DNA from: Candidatus Sulfomarinibacteraceae bacterium
GTDB lineage: Bacteria; Acidobacteriota; Thermoanaerobaculia; Thermoanaerobaculales; Sulfomarinibacteraceae
Length of the DNA: 64,000 bases
Direction of reading: 5' to 3'
Assembly: GCA_963796455.1 (NCBI GenBank)
Contig: CAWCLO010000004.1
Location: 1,024,001 to 1,088,000, forward strand
Shown: in pieces, positions 20,111 through 32,123 of the stretch
Numbering within the stretch: the stretch's first letter is position 1
Layout of the letters: every line of letters begins with the position of its first letter
Notes under the pieces: generated by a model
Databases searched by the model: none
What the model was told of the DNA's origin: nothing
What the model saw: the letters and a program-made list of their open reading frames with translations, nothing else
Made by a program: the position numbers and the translations under genes

Positions 20111-21745
20111 ATGAAGATCGCAGCGATGCTTTTTCGTGTGTCTCTCCTGTTGGTACTTGTGGCGCTGCCGTTGCCGACGACCGCGCAGGACTCCACTCCA
20201 AGTGAAGAACTCGCCCTCGATGCCTATCGCGAAGGTGAAAACGGCCGCGCGGTGGAGCTTTATACGAAGGCTCTCACTGAGACCGAGGACCCGAACCACC
20301 GGGCGAGAATCCAGGTTCAGATTGCCTGGAACCTCTATGTTCTCGGGCGCGAAGGTGAGGTCACGACCCGCCTGCGAGCTGCGCTCATGGAAGACCCGAA
20401 CCTGACACCGATAGCCGACTACTATCCGCCGGATTTCATGGCTCTGTTCGAGCAGGCGCGGCGTAGCAACTTCGACAACAGCGGCGGCGGCACACCCCCG
20501 CCCGATCTCGAATCAACCATCGCCGCCATCAACGATCGGATCAGTACCGAGAGCGATCTCGAAGGCGCCATGGCCGACGTTGATCGTCTGCTTGACGTCT
20601 ATCCCCGCGATGGGCGGCTGATTCCTCTCAAGGCCCAGATCCTGCGTCAGCTCGGCCGCGAGGACGAAGCAAACAACCTCAGTCTTTCCCACGGCGCCGG
20701 AGCCGATGGCCTCGGTTATGTCAACGGCTACTCGGTTTCAGATCTGATCCTGCGCGCGAATCGCCTTCTCGATGCGGGCGACGCCACCACTGCTCTGCAG
20801 ACGGTGCGGCAGGCGGTTGCCCGGGCACCCAACAACCCCTATGCCCTGGAGTTGATGGCGGAAGCCGCCATGCAAACCGCCAGCTGGCAGGACGCGGAAT
20901 TTGCCCTCAAGAGCGCCTTGGGTCTGCAACCCGACAATATCGGGCTCAAGCTCCGGTTGGGCGAGGTCTATCTCGCCACATTTGAAGCATCGGCGGCGCG
21001 GGACGTTTTCAAATCACTGACGGAGACCTACCCGACCTCTGATCGGGCGTGGGCTTCGTTGGGGCTTCTCGAGGCGCGTCTTCAAAACAACGACCGCGCA
21101 CTGGATGCCCTCGGCAAGGCCCTGGTCGAGAACCCCATGCTCCCGGAAGTGCAGCTGGCGCACGGCGAGCTCCTGCTTCTCGGGGGTGATGTGGATGGCG
21201 CCATGGCGTCCCTGGAGGCAGCCGAAAAGCTGATTCCGAACGACCCTCAGATCGAAGCCCGGCTCGGTCAGGCGCTGCTTGCGAAGGGTCGTTACGAGGA
21301 GGCCCTCACCCATCTTCGCGCGGCTGTTGCAGCCGAAGTCACGAGCCCGGATGTTCAACGGTCGCTGGCGCTCGCCCTCGCAATGAATGATCGCTATGCG
21401 GAAAGCCAACGCCTGCTCGATGAGATCGTTGCCGACGAGAGCGGTGATCGACAGATCGTCCAGGGCTTTCTGCAGCTCCAACGAGCAGAATACCCACAGG
21501 CAGAGACGACCCTGAAAAACCTCGCCACTCAACGGCCGAATGATCCCCCATCGGTCAACATCCTTGCGGCCACGCTCTACCCGCAGTACCGCTTTGACGA
21601 GTCGGTAGCCCTTCTCAAACTGGCCCACGACCTGGAACCGGACCAGGAAACCATCGAGAAGAATCTGCAACGGGCTCAAGCCGCTCGCTCGGCCGAGCTG
21701 CTTGCTCAGAACGCACGCGACGTCAAACCGATCGTCAAGAAATAG
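20111..21745 (+). CDS. Tetratricopeptide-repeat protein with signal peptide
   Basis: Hydrophobic N-terminus; repeated helical units such as ALGLQPDN, ALVENP, LIPNDP. Confidence 0.85.
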   Translation: MKIAAMLFRVSLLLVLVALPLPTTAQDSTPSEELALDAYREGENGRAVELYTKALTETEDPNHRARIQVQIAWNLYVLGREGEVTTRLRAALMEDPNLTPIADYYPPDFMALFEQARRSNFDNSGGGTPPPDLESTIAAINDRISTESDLEGAMADVDRLLDVYPRDGRLIPLKAQILRQLGREDEANNLSLSHGAGADGLGYVNGYSVSDLILRANRLLDAGDATTALQTVRQAVARAPNNPYALELMAEAAMQTASWQDAEFALKSALGLQPDNIGLKLRLGEVYLATFEASAARDVFKSLTETYPTSDRAWASLGLLEARLQNNDRALDALGKALVENPMLPEVQLAHGELLLLGGDVDGAMASLEAAEKLIPNDPQIEARLGQALLAKGRYEEALTHLRAAVAAEVTSPDVQRSLALALAMNDRYAESQRLLDEIVADESGDRQIVQGFLQLQRAEYPQAETTLKNLATQRPNDPPSVNILAATLYPQYRFDESVALLKLAHDLEPDQETIEKNLQRAQAARSAELLAQNARDVKPIVKK

Positions 21746-22915
21746 TCAGCCAACCGTCTCGAGAAACGAAAACAGCTCCTCAGCCACCTGCCGGGGACGG
21801 TGAGATGTCTCGTAGCACGCGCGAGCCGATCGACGGCGGGCGGTCCAGCCATCGCGGTTAACGGCGATCTCTGCAAGCAATCGGGCCAGATCCGCCGATG
21901 CCGACGGACCCGGGGTGATCCGTGGCGCTGCCGTCTCCGGCCACTCGAGGAACTGGTGCAGCCCGACTACTGCCACCGGCGTGCCGCATGAGAGGAATCG
22001 CACCACAGCAGCCGAGGTCTCACCCGCTGAAGGCGTCCGCAGTACGACACCCACATCGGCACCAGCCGGCACGCGGATGAAGTCATCGAGACCGAGGAAA
22101 CCTGTGCTCTGAACCCGGTCACCGATACCGACCGCCTCAGCCGCAATCAGGATCTCATCGAGACCATCCCCCTGCCCGACCAGGATCAATCGCGCGGGCA
22201 CGCCCGAACGGACGGCCGCTGCCAAACCGGTGAGAACCTCGCGAAGGCCTTTTTCGGGAGTCAAGAACCCGAGGTGCATGATCACGACATCATCCGCCTG
22301 CGCGCCGATGAGGGAACGCTGCGCCTCGCGGTCGATGGGTCCGGGATCGAGTGCCGGGAGGTTGATTTGACGACTCTGCACAGAGGGAAACTCGGTCTGT
22401 ATGATCGAGTCGGCCCAACGTGAATGCACGACCGCGAAACGGGCACGCTCCAAAAAATGCGATCGGGCGGGAAAGAGGAACGGGTCCCTTGGTCCACTCA
22501 AACCATAGGATCGGGCATGCGCCAGAACAGCCCCTGCGTCACCGTGGGCCGCAACGAGATGACGCTGCAAATCCTCCCCTGCCCCTGCCGCCATGGTGGT
22601 TTCGACCAGTAAATGGTGGAGCACCAGATCGTGCAGCACCACGACTGCAAGTGGATCGTCGATTCGATCCAGAAGCCAACTGTGATGCAAATTGTTGCCG
22701 AGATGGATCAGGCTGATCTCGTCAGCTTCAGGTCGTGTGTCCGTCGCCACGACCTCGACCGATTGCCCGAGGCTCCAATCGGAATGAACTTCCCATGAGG
22801 GTGGCGCGACCACTCGGATCCGTGCCCTCGTGGCGAGTTCGGTCAGAAGCTCGACGGCGTAGTCGCTCACGCCCGACCTGATCGGAGGCAACGGCGATGC
22901 CCAGAGGATCTTCAC
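21746..22915 (-). CDS. Glycosyltransferase, GT4-like
   Basis: SPLPPIRSGVSDY, VVLHDLVLHH, GFLTPEKG, LRTPSAGETSA. Confidence 0.85.
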   Translation of the reverse strand: MKILWASPLPPIRSGVSDYAVELLTELATRARIRVVAPPSWEVHSDWSLGQSVEVVATDTRPEADEISLIHLGNNLHHSWLLDRIDDPLAVVVLHDLVLHHLLVETTMAAGAGEDLQRHLVAAHGDAGAVLAHARSYGLSGPRDPFLFPARSHFLERARFAVVHSRWADSIIQTEFPSVQSRQINLPALDPGPIDREAQRSLIGAQADDVVIMHLGFLTPEKGLREVLTGLAAAVRSGVPARLILVGQGDGLDEILIAAEAVGIGDRVQSTGFLGLDDFIRVPAGADVGVVLRTPSAGETSAAVVRFLSCGTPVAVVGLHQFLEWPETAAPRITPGPSASADLARLLAEIAVNRDGWTARRRSARACYETSHRPRQVAEELFSFLETVG

Positions 22916-22998
22916 ACGCCAACGTTAGCAGGGATTCTCCTATTTTCAGCTTCGTTTGATATGGAGGAAAACCGCGGCGACACAGGACCAGTAGCGTT

Positions 22999-23876
<878 letters not shown>

Positions 23877-23967
23877 GGGCGAGCTCAATCGATCGGCGCT
23901 GCCCGAGATGGTCTGCGGCCGAAATAGGGCCGATCCGGCGAAGGTGGCTCACTCCGGTTAAGATGAG

Positions 23968-24252
23968 GTGGTGAAAGTCACTCGCTTCCTCCTGATCGTC
24001 GTCTACATCGGCTACCTGGTCAACGTCGGTCTCTTCCTGATGATGGTGCCGTGGTCTCGTGCCTGGGGGGCCTTGGTGACCCAGTTGCCGGCCTCCGCTT
24101 CAGTTCTCTTCGATCTTCCCTGGTTCCGGGGCCTGTTGTCGGCTTTTGGCGTCCTCCACCTGCTCCTCGTCGTCTGGGAACTGATGCACCCGACCCTCCT
24201 GACACCGCCCGAGCCATCACAGCTCGAATCTCAGAACCTGCATCAATCTTGA
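23968..24252 (+). CDS. Small hypothetical membrane protein
   Basis: 94 aa, two hydrophobic segments, GAGG RBS. Confidence 0.65.
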   Translation: MVKVTRFLLIVVYIGYLVNVGLFLMMVPWSRAWGALVTQLPASASVLFDLPWFRGLLSAFGVLHLLLVVWELMHPTLLTPPEPSQLESQNLHQS

Positions 24253-24283
24253 TTTGTGGCATTTAGGGTCGTACACTGCGCAA

Positions 24284-24652
24284 GTGGGGCGCCGGGTTCT
24301 TATCGTTGACGATGAGCCGTACATACGGCGAATCTTGTCATTCAAACTTCGTCGGGAAGGTTTTGCGACGCTCGAAGCCGCCTCGGCTGAAGCCGCCGAA
24401 GAAATCCTCGGTGAGCACGATATCGATCTCGTTCTGCTCGACGTCGGTCTTGCGACCCCGACCAACGGCTTCGATCTCGCGGCCGGCCTCCGCCGAAATG
24501 CGAAGACTCAACACCTGCCCGTGATCATGCTGACGGCCCGCGGGTTTGCTTCGGACGTGCTTCGTGGAAGAGAGGTCGGAGCCGCCGGTTACATCACCAA
24601 ACCCTTCACGGCGGAAGAGGTCATTCGGCGCGTACGGGCTCTTCTCGGTTGA
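24284..24652 (+). CDS. Single-domain response regulator (CheY-like receiver)
   Basis: VLIVDDE, LVLLDV, IMLTA, YITKPF. Start uncertain (24254 or 24284). Confidence 0.9.
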   Translation: MGRRVLIVDDEPYIRRILSFKLRREGFATLEAASAEAAEEILGEHDIDLVLLDVGLATPTNGFDLAAGLRRNAKTQHLPVIMLTARGFASDVLRGREVGAAGYITKPFTAEEVIRRVRALLG

Positions 24653-24677
24653 CGTCGTAGACCTCGCCGCGTAGGCT
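24649..24677 (+). promoter_or_regulatory. Putative sigma70 promoter of the ileS-lspA-lgt-rluD operon
   Basis: TTGACG-17 nt-TAGGCT upstream of the GGAGG RBS of ileS. Confidence 0.4.
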
Positions 24678-24700
24678 CACATCCCGGAGGCCGCGACCAG

Positions 24701-27527
24701 ATGTACCGAAAAACACTGAACCTACCCAAGACGAGCTTTGCCATGCGTGCCCAGCTGCCGCAGCGGGAACCGGCAATGCTCAAACAGTGGCAGAAAATGG
24801 ATCTGTATGGAAAGATCCGCAAAGCGCGCGCGGGCGCGCCACGGTTCATTCTCCACGACGGACCTCCCTATGCCAACGGCTCGATTCACGTTGGAACGGC
24901 TCTCAACAAGATTCTCAAGGACATCGTCGTCAAATCCCGCTCCATGCTCGGGTACGACAGCCCCTATGTTCCGGGTTGGGATTGCCACGGTCTGCCCATC
25001 GAGCACAAGGTCGATAAGGACCTGGGAGCCAAAAAGCTCGAGATGAGCATCCCGTCGATTCGGGGCGCCTGCCGAAAGTATGCCGAGAAGTACTTCAAGC
25101 TGCAACGCAAGGAATTCGTTCGCTTGGGTGTTCTCGGGCGCTGGGAAGATCCTTACCTGACCATGGATCATCTCTATGAGGCGGAGATTGCCGCCGCGCT
25201 GCACGGATTCATGCTCGCCGGCTATGTGGAACGAGGGCTGAAACCCGTTCACTGGTGCTCCGAGTGCCGTACTGCCCTGGCCGAAGCTGAGGTTGAATAC
25301 CACGACCATTCGAGCCCCTCGATCACCGTTGCCTTCGAGCTCTCAGATGATGCCCGCAAATGCCTGGATCTGGAACAGGACGAGGCGGTGGCCGCGCTGA
25401 TCTGGACCACCACTCCATGGACCCTGCCTGCAAACCTCGCGATCGCCCTGCATCCGGATTTCGAGTATCAGCTGGTGCGCGCCGAGGGCCGGTTGTGGAT
25501 CGTTGCTGCCGAGCTCTTGCAAACAAACGCCGAAGCTGCCGGGTGGGGCGAAACAGAAATCGTGTCGACATTCAAGGGCGCTGCCCTCGAAGGCACCCAC
25601 TATCACCACCCCTTTGCCGACCGCGAAGGAGTCTTTCCTCATCGCACCCTACGTGACCCTGGAGCAGGGAACCGGTCTCGTTCACACGGCTCCCGGTCAT
25701 GGTGCCGAAGATTACGTGATCGGCACCCAATACGGTCTCGAGCCTTATGCGCCGGTGGATGACGACGGGCGCTTCACCGATGAGGTTCCCGATTGGGCAG
25801 GCATGCACGTGCACGAGGCCAACCAACCGATCGTCGAACGACTACGCGAACTCGGTGTGCTGGTGGCCTACAGCGAGATCGAACACTCCTATCCGCACTG
25901 CTGGCGATCGAAGAACCCGGTGATTTTCCGCGCCACCAACCAGTGGTTTATCCGGATGGATCGCCACGACCTCCGTGAAAGGGCCCGGGCGGGCGTCGAT
26001 GAGGCCGTCTGGTTGCCAAAATGGGGCAAAGCGCGGATCGACGGCATGGTGGAGAACCGTCCCGATTGGTGTATCTCGCGGCAGCGTATGTGGGGCGTGC
26101 CCATCGCCGTCCTGACCTGCGAATCGTGCGGAGCCGCCACCATCGACGAATCTGTCTTCGATCACATCCGCAAAGTCTTTGTCGCAGAGGGCTCCGACGC
26201 CTGGTATACCCGCGAGGCCAGCGAGTTGCTGCCGCCCGGTTATACCTGCGCCGATTGCGGAGCCACGTCGTTCAAAAAAGAAAATGACATTCTCGATGTC
26301 TGGTTCGACTCCGGTGTCAGCCACCTCGCGGTTCTCGACACCGATCGATACGAATTGAACTGGCCCGCCGATCTCTATCTCGAAGGTCAGGATCAATACC
26401 GCGGCTGGTTCCAGTCCTCGCTGGTGGCCTCGATCGGTCTCAAGGGCTCACCGCCCTACCGCCAGGTCGTGACCCACGGGTTCGTGGTCGATGCCGATGG
26501 CCACAAGATGTCGAAGTCACTCGGCAATGTGGTCACCCCGGAGGAACTGCTCAAAACCTACGGAGCCGACATTCTCCGACTCTGGGTGGCGATGGTTGAT
26601 TTCCGCGAGGATATCCGGATCTCCGACGAGATCATGGCTCGAAACGCAGAAGCCTATCGAAAGATGCGCAACACCCTGCGCTTCCTGCTCGGCAATCTGA
26701 AGGATTTTGAACCCGAGCGGGACGCGGTGGCTGAAAGCGAGCTGCGGGGCATCGACGCCTATTTGCTCCGGGCGGCCCGTCGGCTGTCGGAGGATGTCTC
26801 AAAGGCCTATCAGGAATTCGAACACTCCGCGCTGGCCCACCGTATCGTCAACTTCTGCACGATCGAGCTGTCGAACCTCTATCTGGATATCAACAAGGAC
26901 CGCCTCTATTGTGATTACCCCGAGGACACCGACCGGCGCGCAACCCAGACGGTAATATTCCGGGTGGCCGAGATCCTCGCCACTCTTTTGGCGCCCGTTC
27001 TCTCCTTCACGGCCGAAGAGGTCTGGCAGATGCTTCCCGGAGCGCGAGAAGAATCGGTTCATCTCGCAACCTTTGCCGAACCGGTCGCGGCTGTGCCGGA
27101 AACGGCCGCGGCCGACGAAAGGATCTCACGCCTCCTGAAGTTGCGAGAGACCGTTCTGGTCGCTTTGGAGGAACTGCGTCAGGCCGGATCCATCGGCAAG
27201 GCGGAAGAGGCCGGGGTACTGCTCGCCGGCGACACCGTCCTGCTGGAAGAAGATCTCGAGGCGACGGGTGTCGATCTCGCGCGGTTGCTGATTGTCTCGA
27301 AATGTGAGAATGACGCCCGGGCGACCGACGGTTTGGGAGTTCAGGAGTATCCCGGGCTCCAGCTTGTGGTGGAGCCCTATGAGGCCGCCACCTGCAGCCG
27401 GTGCTGGCGAAGATTCGACACACTGGTCGAAGACGACGATCTTCCCGATCTTTGCCCGCGCTGCCACGACGTGGTGGGCCGGCTCCTGGCTGAAGGTCGG
27501 GCCGAACTCCGTGAGGCGAAAAGCTGA
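24701..27527 (+). CDS. ileS: Isoleucine--tRNA ligase, split by one extra base near 25634 (probable sequence error)
   Basis: First [31 protein letters not shown]. Second [29 protein letters not shown]-terminal Zn motif. Deleting one T from GTCTTTCCTC joins them as [13 protein letters not shown]. Confidence 0.95.
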
Positions 27528-28033
27528 TGCGAAGCGTTTTGCCCTGGATCGCCGCTGCCCTGGTGGTCTTTTTCGACCGTATCACCAAGGGCATGATCAT
27601 GTCCCATCTCGCACCCGGTGCGTGGCACGAGGTCATGCCGGGATTCGCCCTGACCCACGTCCACAACCGTGGCATCGCATTCAGCCTCTTCGCCAACAGC
27701 GGCAACCTGACTCGCGTCTTGCTCCATCTGGTGATCTTCACATCGGTGGTGATCATCGCCGCAATGCTGGTGCGCCACGCTCATCACAGCCGGGTCGCCG
27801 GGCTTGCCTTTGGGCTGATTCTGGGTGGGGCCGTAGGAAACCTCATCGATCGGGTCCTCTATGGATGGGTGGTGGACTTCCTCCATATCTGGGTGAGGAT
27901 CAGCGGCCGCACCTTCGCCTGGCCGGATTTCAATGTCGCCGACGCCTCGATTTCGGTCGGCGCGATCCTGCTGATCATCAACGAGTTCCGAGGTTATCGT
28001 TTGGACGCGAAGCATGCACCCGATACTGATTGA
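27527..28033 (+). CDS. lspA: Lipoprotein signal peptidase II
   Basis: HNRGIAFS, GGAVGNLIDR, VVDF, FNVAD. Confidence 0.96.
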   Translation: MRSVLPWIAAALVVFFDRITKGMIMSHLAPGAWHEVMPGFALTHVHNRGIAFSLFANSGNLTRVLLHLVIFTSVVIIAAMLVRHAHHSRVAGLAFGLILGGAVGNLIDRVLYGWVVDFLHIWVRISGRTFAWPDFNVADASISVGAILLIINEFRGYRLDAKHAPDTD

Positions 28034-28793
28034 TTTCGGCCCCTTCGAACTCCCAACCTATGGGTTGCTGCTCGCCACCGGAGTCATCGTTGCCCTGTGG
28101 ACCCTGCGACGCAGGGCCGATGCGGCCGGTATGGACGGCATCCGGCTGGTGGATTTCGCCCTGTGGTTGGTGATCTGGGCGCTCCTCGGTTCCAAGTTGC
28201 TTTTGGTGCTCATCGAGCTTCCCCGCTATCTCTCCAATCCGGCTCAGTTGATCCCGGTCCTTCGAGCAGGGGGCGTTTTCCTCGGAGGATTCATCGCGGC
28301 GGTCATCGCGGCCTTTGTCCTGCTTCGTCGCTACAAGCTCTCCTTCCTTCCTTCCGCCGATGTGATCGCGCCATCGCTCGCCCTCGGGTCAGCGATCGGC
28401 CGACTTGCCTGTTTGATGGCGGGCTGTTGCTGGGGCGGCCGTTGTGATCTGCCGTGGGCCATCACCTATACCAGCGAAATCGCGGCCGAACGTCTGGGAA
28501 CTCCCCTCCACATACCGCTCCATCCATTCCCGATCTACGCCGTCCTCTTCAATTTCGCTCTCTTTCTGATCCTGGCTTTCATCTTCAAAAAGCCCCACGC
28601 CGACGGGCGCGTCTTTGCCTGGTACCTTGTCCTGTACGGTGTTGGGCGCTTCCTCTTCGAATACACCCGGGGTGATCAGGCTCGCGGCTTCGTCCTCGAC
28701 GGTTTTCTGTCAACCAGCCAACTGATCTCGGTCTTCATGATTTTGATCGGCATCAGTCTGCATTTCTGGATCAGCCGGAGAAAGGCCACGTGA
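28014..28793 (+). CDS. lgt: Prolipoprotein diacylglyceryl transferase
   Basis: YG motif, IGRLACLMAGCCWG, YGVGRFLFEYTRGD; follows lspA. Confidence 0.93.
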   Translation: MHPILIDFGPFELPTYGLLLATGVIVALWTLRRRADAAGMDGIRLVDFALWLVIWALLGSKLLLVLIELPRYLSNPAQLIPVLRAGGVFLGGFIAAVIAAFVLLRRYKLSFLPSADVIAPSLALGSAIGRLACLMAGCCWGGRCDLPWAITYTSEIAAERLGTPLHIPLHPFPIYAVLFNFALFLILAFIFKKPHADGRVFAWYLVLYGVGRFLFEYTRGDQARGFVLDGFLSTSQLISVFMILIGISLHFWISRRKAT

Positions 28794-29740
28794 GTACCCG
28801 GCACCGATTCCTGGTGCCGGATGATCTCGAAGGATCGCGACTCGATCGATGCCTGGCGGCACTGCAAACCGATTGGACGCGGTCACGAGCCCGGAAGTTG
28901 ATCGACGGAGGCTTTGTTCTTCTCGGCGACTCGACCGTCAAGGCCTCAACAGTGGTCCATGCCGGAGACGAGATCACTGTCGACGAACCCGACCCGCAGC
29001 CCCTCGACGCCGCGCCCGAGGACATCCCGCTCGACATTCTCTATGAAGACTCCGAGCTGTTGATTCTGAACAAACCCACGGGGATGGTCATTCACCCGGC
29101 CGCGGGCAACCCCAGCGGGACCCTCGTCAACGCCCTGCTGCATCACTGCAGCGATCTGTCCGGGATCGGCGGCGTCGAACGACCGGGAATCGTGCACCGT
29201 CTCGACAAGGACACAACAGGGCTGCTGATCGTGGCCAAGACCGATCGCGCACATCTCAATTTGTCCATCGCCTTTCGCCAACGCAAGGTCCACAAGACCT
29301 ACCTTGGAGTCTGTTACGGCACGCCTGAGTCCACGGGTGTGATCGACGCACCGATCGACCGCAATCCTCGCGAACGGCAACAGATGGCCGTCGTGTCTTC
29401 GGGGCGCCCTGCACGCACACTTTATGAGGTGATCTCGACGAACACCGGAATGGCAACGGTGGCGTGCAAACCGATCTCGGGTCGGACCCACCAGATTCGC
29501 GTCCATATGGCGCATATCGGCCATGCCCTGGTCGGCGATGCCCTCTACTCCGGACGCCAGTGGCGGAATCTCTCCGATCCCACTATCCAGGCGGCGTGCC
29601 GATCCTTCCCCCGCCAGGCTCTCCACGCCTGGCGGATCGGATTCACCCACCCGGTGAGTGGTGACGATGTTGAGTTCGAGGCACCGGTGCCCGATGATCT
29701 CCGCCGGCTCATCGAGATCCTCAGACTGAGTCTGCCCTGA
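28790..29740 (+). CDS. rluD: RluA/RluD-family pseudouridine synthase
   Basis: S4-like N-terminus, NKPTGMVIHP, HRLDKDTTG, GRTHQIRVH, RQALHA. Confidence 0.93.
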   Translation: MSTRHRFLVPDDLEGSRLDRCLAALQTDWTRSRARKLIDGGFVLLGDSTVKASTVVHAGDEITVDEPDPQPLDAAPEDIPLDILYEDSELLILNKPTGMVIHPAAGNPSGTLVNALLHHCSDLSGIGGVERPGIVHRLDKDTTGLLIVAKTDRAHLNLSIAFRQRKVHKTYLGVCYGTPESTGVIDAPIDRNPRERQQMAVVSSGRPARTLYEVISTNTGMATVACKPISGRTHQIRVHMAHIGHALVGDALYSGRQWRNLSDPTIQAACRSFPRQALHAWRIGFTHPVSGDDVEFEAPVPDDLRRLIEILRLSLP

Positions 29741-29754
29741 CCGAGCCGCACCAA

Positions 29755-30706
29755 AAACCACGGAGACACAGAGCTTGCCCACATGTCCGATGCGGACGAT
29801 CCGTGTTCCGGAGAAACCGCAGATCACGCAGATAGACGCAGATCCATCGCAAACGGTCTCGTCGCAAACACGAAGACACAAAGGCACCAAGTCATCACAA
29901 AGCCGGTCAATCGTAAAGACCCACAGACCACCAGAAGGACACAGGAGCCATCGCGCACACGCGACGCAGATAGACGCAGATGGCAGACTGATTACGGAGA
30001 CATCAGCCACCGCCGCAAACAATCCACGTCCACCTCCCGAGTTCTTAACGCAGAGACGCAGAGTCGCGGAGACGCAGAGGACTTCCCGGAAGAACCCTCC
30101 ACTCGGCGAGATCCCGGCCGCCAGGGGCGGCCAGGAATCGCTGGGTCAGGAAATCGCCCCAAAAACCAGCTTTCGTCGCGATTTCCTGACCCAGCGGCCT
30201 GCGCGACCGCGCAGGTCTCGCCTCCTTCCTCCCCTTTCCTTCAATCAAGAGAGGGTGTCTCCGAAGCAAGGCAGAACCGGCATGCCGGAGGCGTGCCGGA
30301 CGGTGGGAAGCGGGGTGACTCCGAGCGCTGGCGATTGGAGTCGCCCCTCTTCTCACCGGCGACGGGCGATCGGAGATCGTCTGTCGATCTGCCGACACTG
30401 ATGGCACCACCGCACAAGCTCGCTAACCAGGCCTTTGCGTCTCTGCGACTTTGCGTTCTTTGCGGTTCAACCATGTGCACGCGAGACGCGTGCACCACCA
30501 TGGTGGTGCAGCCGTCCCGGCTGCACTCCGGTCGTGCCTTTGCGATGGCTTCTGTGTTCTTCTGTGTGTTCTGTGGGCCATTGTGGTTGCGACGAGACCG
30601 TTTGCGATGAATCTGCGTCTATTTGCGTGATCTGCGGGCGTTTTCTCTCTGTGTCTCTGTGCCTCTGTGGTTTTCCTGGTGTCAGTCCTTGGTGTCTTGG
30701 TGGTTG
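29755..30706 (+). mobile_element. Family A structured non-coding element, copy 2
   Basis: ~51-bp inverted repeat (~29817-29867 vs ~30587-30637, 2 mismatches) plus outer CACAGAG/CTCTGTG arms; same core as copy 1; lies between convergent genes. Confidence 0.8.
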
Positions 30707-30709
30707 CCG

Positions 30710-31348
30710 CTAGGATCGCACTGCGAGGAGTTTGTCTCGCAGGTCTGTTGGGGTGCGGGGATCGGTCAGGACACGATCGAGGTCGGCGATGGTATCGATA
30801 TCGGTGAGCTCTTCGAGTTCGATCCACGTAACTCCGAGTTGCTCGAGCCGTTGCCGCGTCTGAGAGAGGGTTTCGGGACAGGACCATGGGATATCCGTGA
30901 AGAGTTCAACACCGGGCGGGCGCTGGGCCACAAGCCAGTAGCCCCCGTCGTCCGCCGGACCGAGCACCACCTCTCCCCTCTCCAGCTCGTCGATCGCCTG
31001 ATGAAGATGTGGGGCGCCGAGCCACGGGCAGTCGGAGCCGATGACCACCACACGATCCTCCCCTTCATCAAAGCGCCGGGAGAATGCATCACCCATTCGT
31101 GCGCCGAGGTCAGAGCCGGATTGAAGCTCGGTCGACACCGGCAGGGAATCGATCCAATCTGAAGCCGAGTCATCCGCGAGGGACAGTATGACCCGCAGCC
31201 CGCTGGTCGTTGCGGCCGCCAGGGTGTGATCGAGCGTTGCCGCATAGACGGCCGCCGCCTGCCTGGCTCCGACTCCTTTCGCAAGTCTGGTTTTGACCCG
31301 GCCCGGGACCGGTTCGCGACCGAAAACCACGATGCACCCGGTGCTCAT
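30710..31348 (-). CDS. TIGR04282/DUF2064-family nucleotidyl/glycosyltransferase-like protein
   Basis: PGRVKTRL, QSGSDLGARM, IGSDCP, LGPADDGGYWL, DIDT. Confidence 0.88.
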   Translation of the reverse strand: MSTGCIVVFGREPVPGRVKTRLAKGVGARQAAAVYAATLDHTLAAATTSGLRVILSLADDSASDWIDSLPVSTELQSGSDLGARMGDAFSRRFDEGEDRVVVIGSDCPWLGAPHLHQAIDELERGEVVLGPADDGGYWLVAQRPPGVELFTDIPWSCPETLSQTRQRLEQLGVTWIELEELTDIDTIADLDRVLTDPRTPTDLRDKLLAVRS

Positions 31349-32034
31349 CTGACCTCCCGATACCATCGAGCGAGTTGGTGCGGCGATACACCACAACGAA
31401 AAAGAACCGGAAAAACGAGATTCATCACCCTTGTTCTGATTGGAAAACGCCGGTAGCGCCGGGCCGTCGTCCGCATCAACAAAGGGATCCGTCGAATGGC
31501 TCCTTGGCGGCGGCATCTTCCGGCAAAAACGAGGTCTTCCATCAACGGGATGTCGGGGAATCCGCCAACCGCGTCAAAGATCTCGCGCCGGACAGCAAAT
31601 CCCTGATCTCCATAAGGGAGCCGCCAGCCCCTCGAACGGAGATCGAGGGTCCACAGCCACATCCTCGTGAGCACCGTACCTTCGGTGGCGTCCCCCGTTT
31701 CCGTTCGGAGCCGAAAACACGCGAGACTGGTGCGGCGATCCTGAAGGGCTCTCTCGAGTACCGGTCGCCACCCGGGTGGCAGCCTGCAATCAGAATGAAC
31801 AAAAAGCAAATCCGGTGCAGATGTGGACGCCGCTCCGAGATTGAGCTGGGACCCTCGACCCGGTTTTCCTTCGACCACCCTCGCGCCTGCTTCGGCGGCG
31901 CGCTGACATGTGGCGTCGGTGCTACCCCCATCCACCACCACGACGTCCAAATCGGAGTGCGCGCCCACCGCCTCGAGGCACGATCCGATCGTGCGCTCCT
32001 CGTTGAGAGTCGGGATGATGACGGCGAGCTTCAA
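31345..32034 (-). CDS. TIGR04283-family GT2 glycosyltransferase
   Basis: IIPTLNEE, VDGGSTD, GRGSQLNLGA, PYGDQG, PLMED. Confidence 0.9.
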   Translation of the reverse strand: MKLAVIIPTLNEERTIGSCLEAVGAHSDLDVVVVDGGSTDATCQRAAEAGARVVEGKPGRGSQLNLGAASTSAPDLLFVHSDCRLPPGWRPVLERALQDRRTSLACFRLRTETGDATEGTVLTRMWLWTLDLRSRGWRLPYGDQGFAVRREIFDAVGGFPDIPLMEDLVFAGRCRRQGAIRRIPLLMRTTARRYRRFPIRTRVMNLVFPVLFRCGVSPHQLARWYREVR

Positions 32035-32123
32035 GGTGGGGTGCCTCCTCGGTGGGTTGATTCTAGACGAGACGAGTTGAGACCTTCGAACCCGGGGACC
32101 GGATACGCTATTATTCCCCGGCT

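Noticed and set aside
25625..25645. Programmed ribosomal frameshift in ileS
   Set aside because: No canonical slippery heptamer or obvious stimulatory element; a single extra T explains it.
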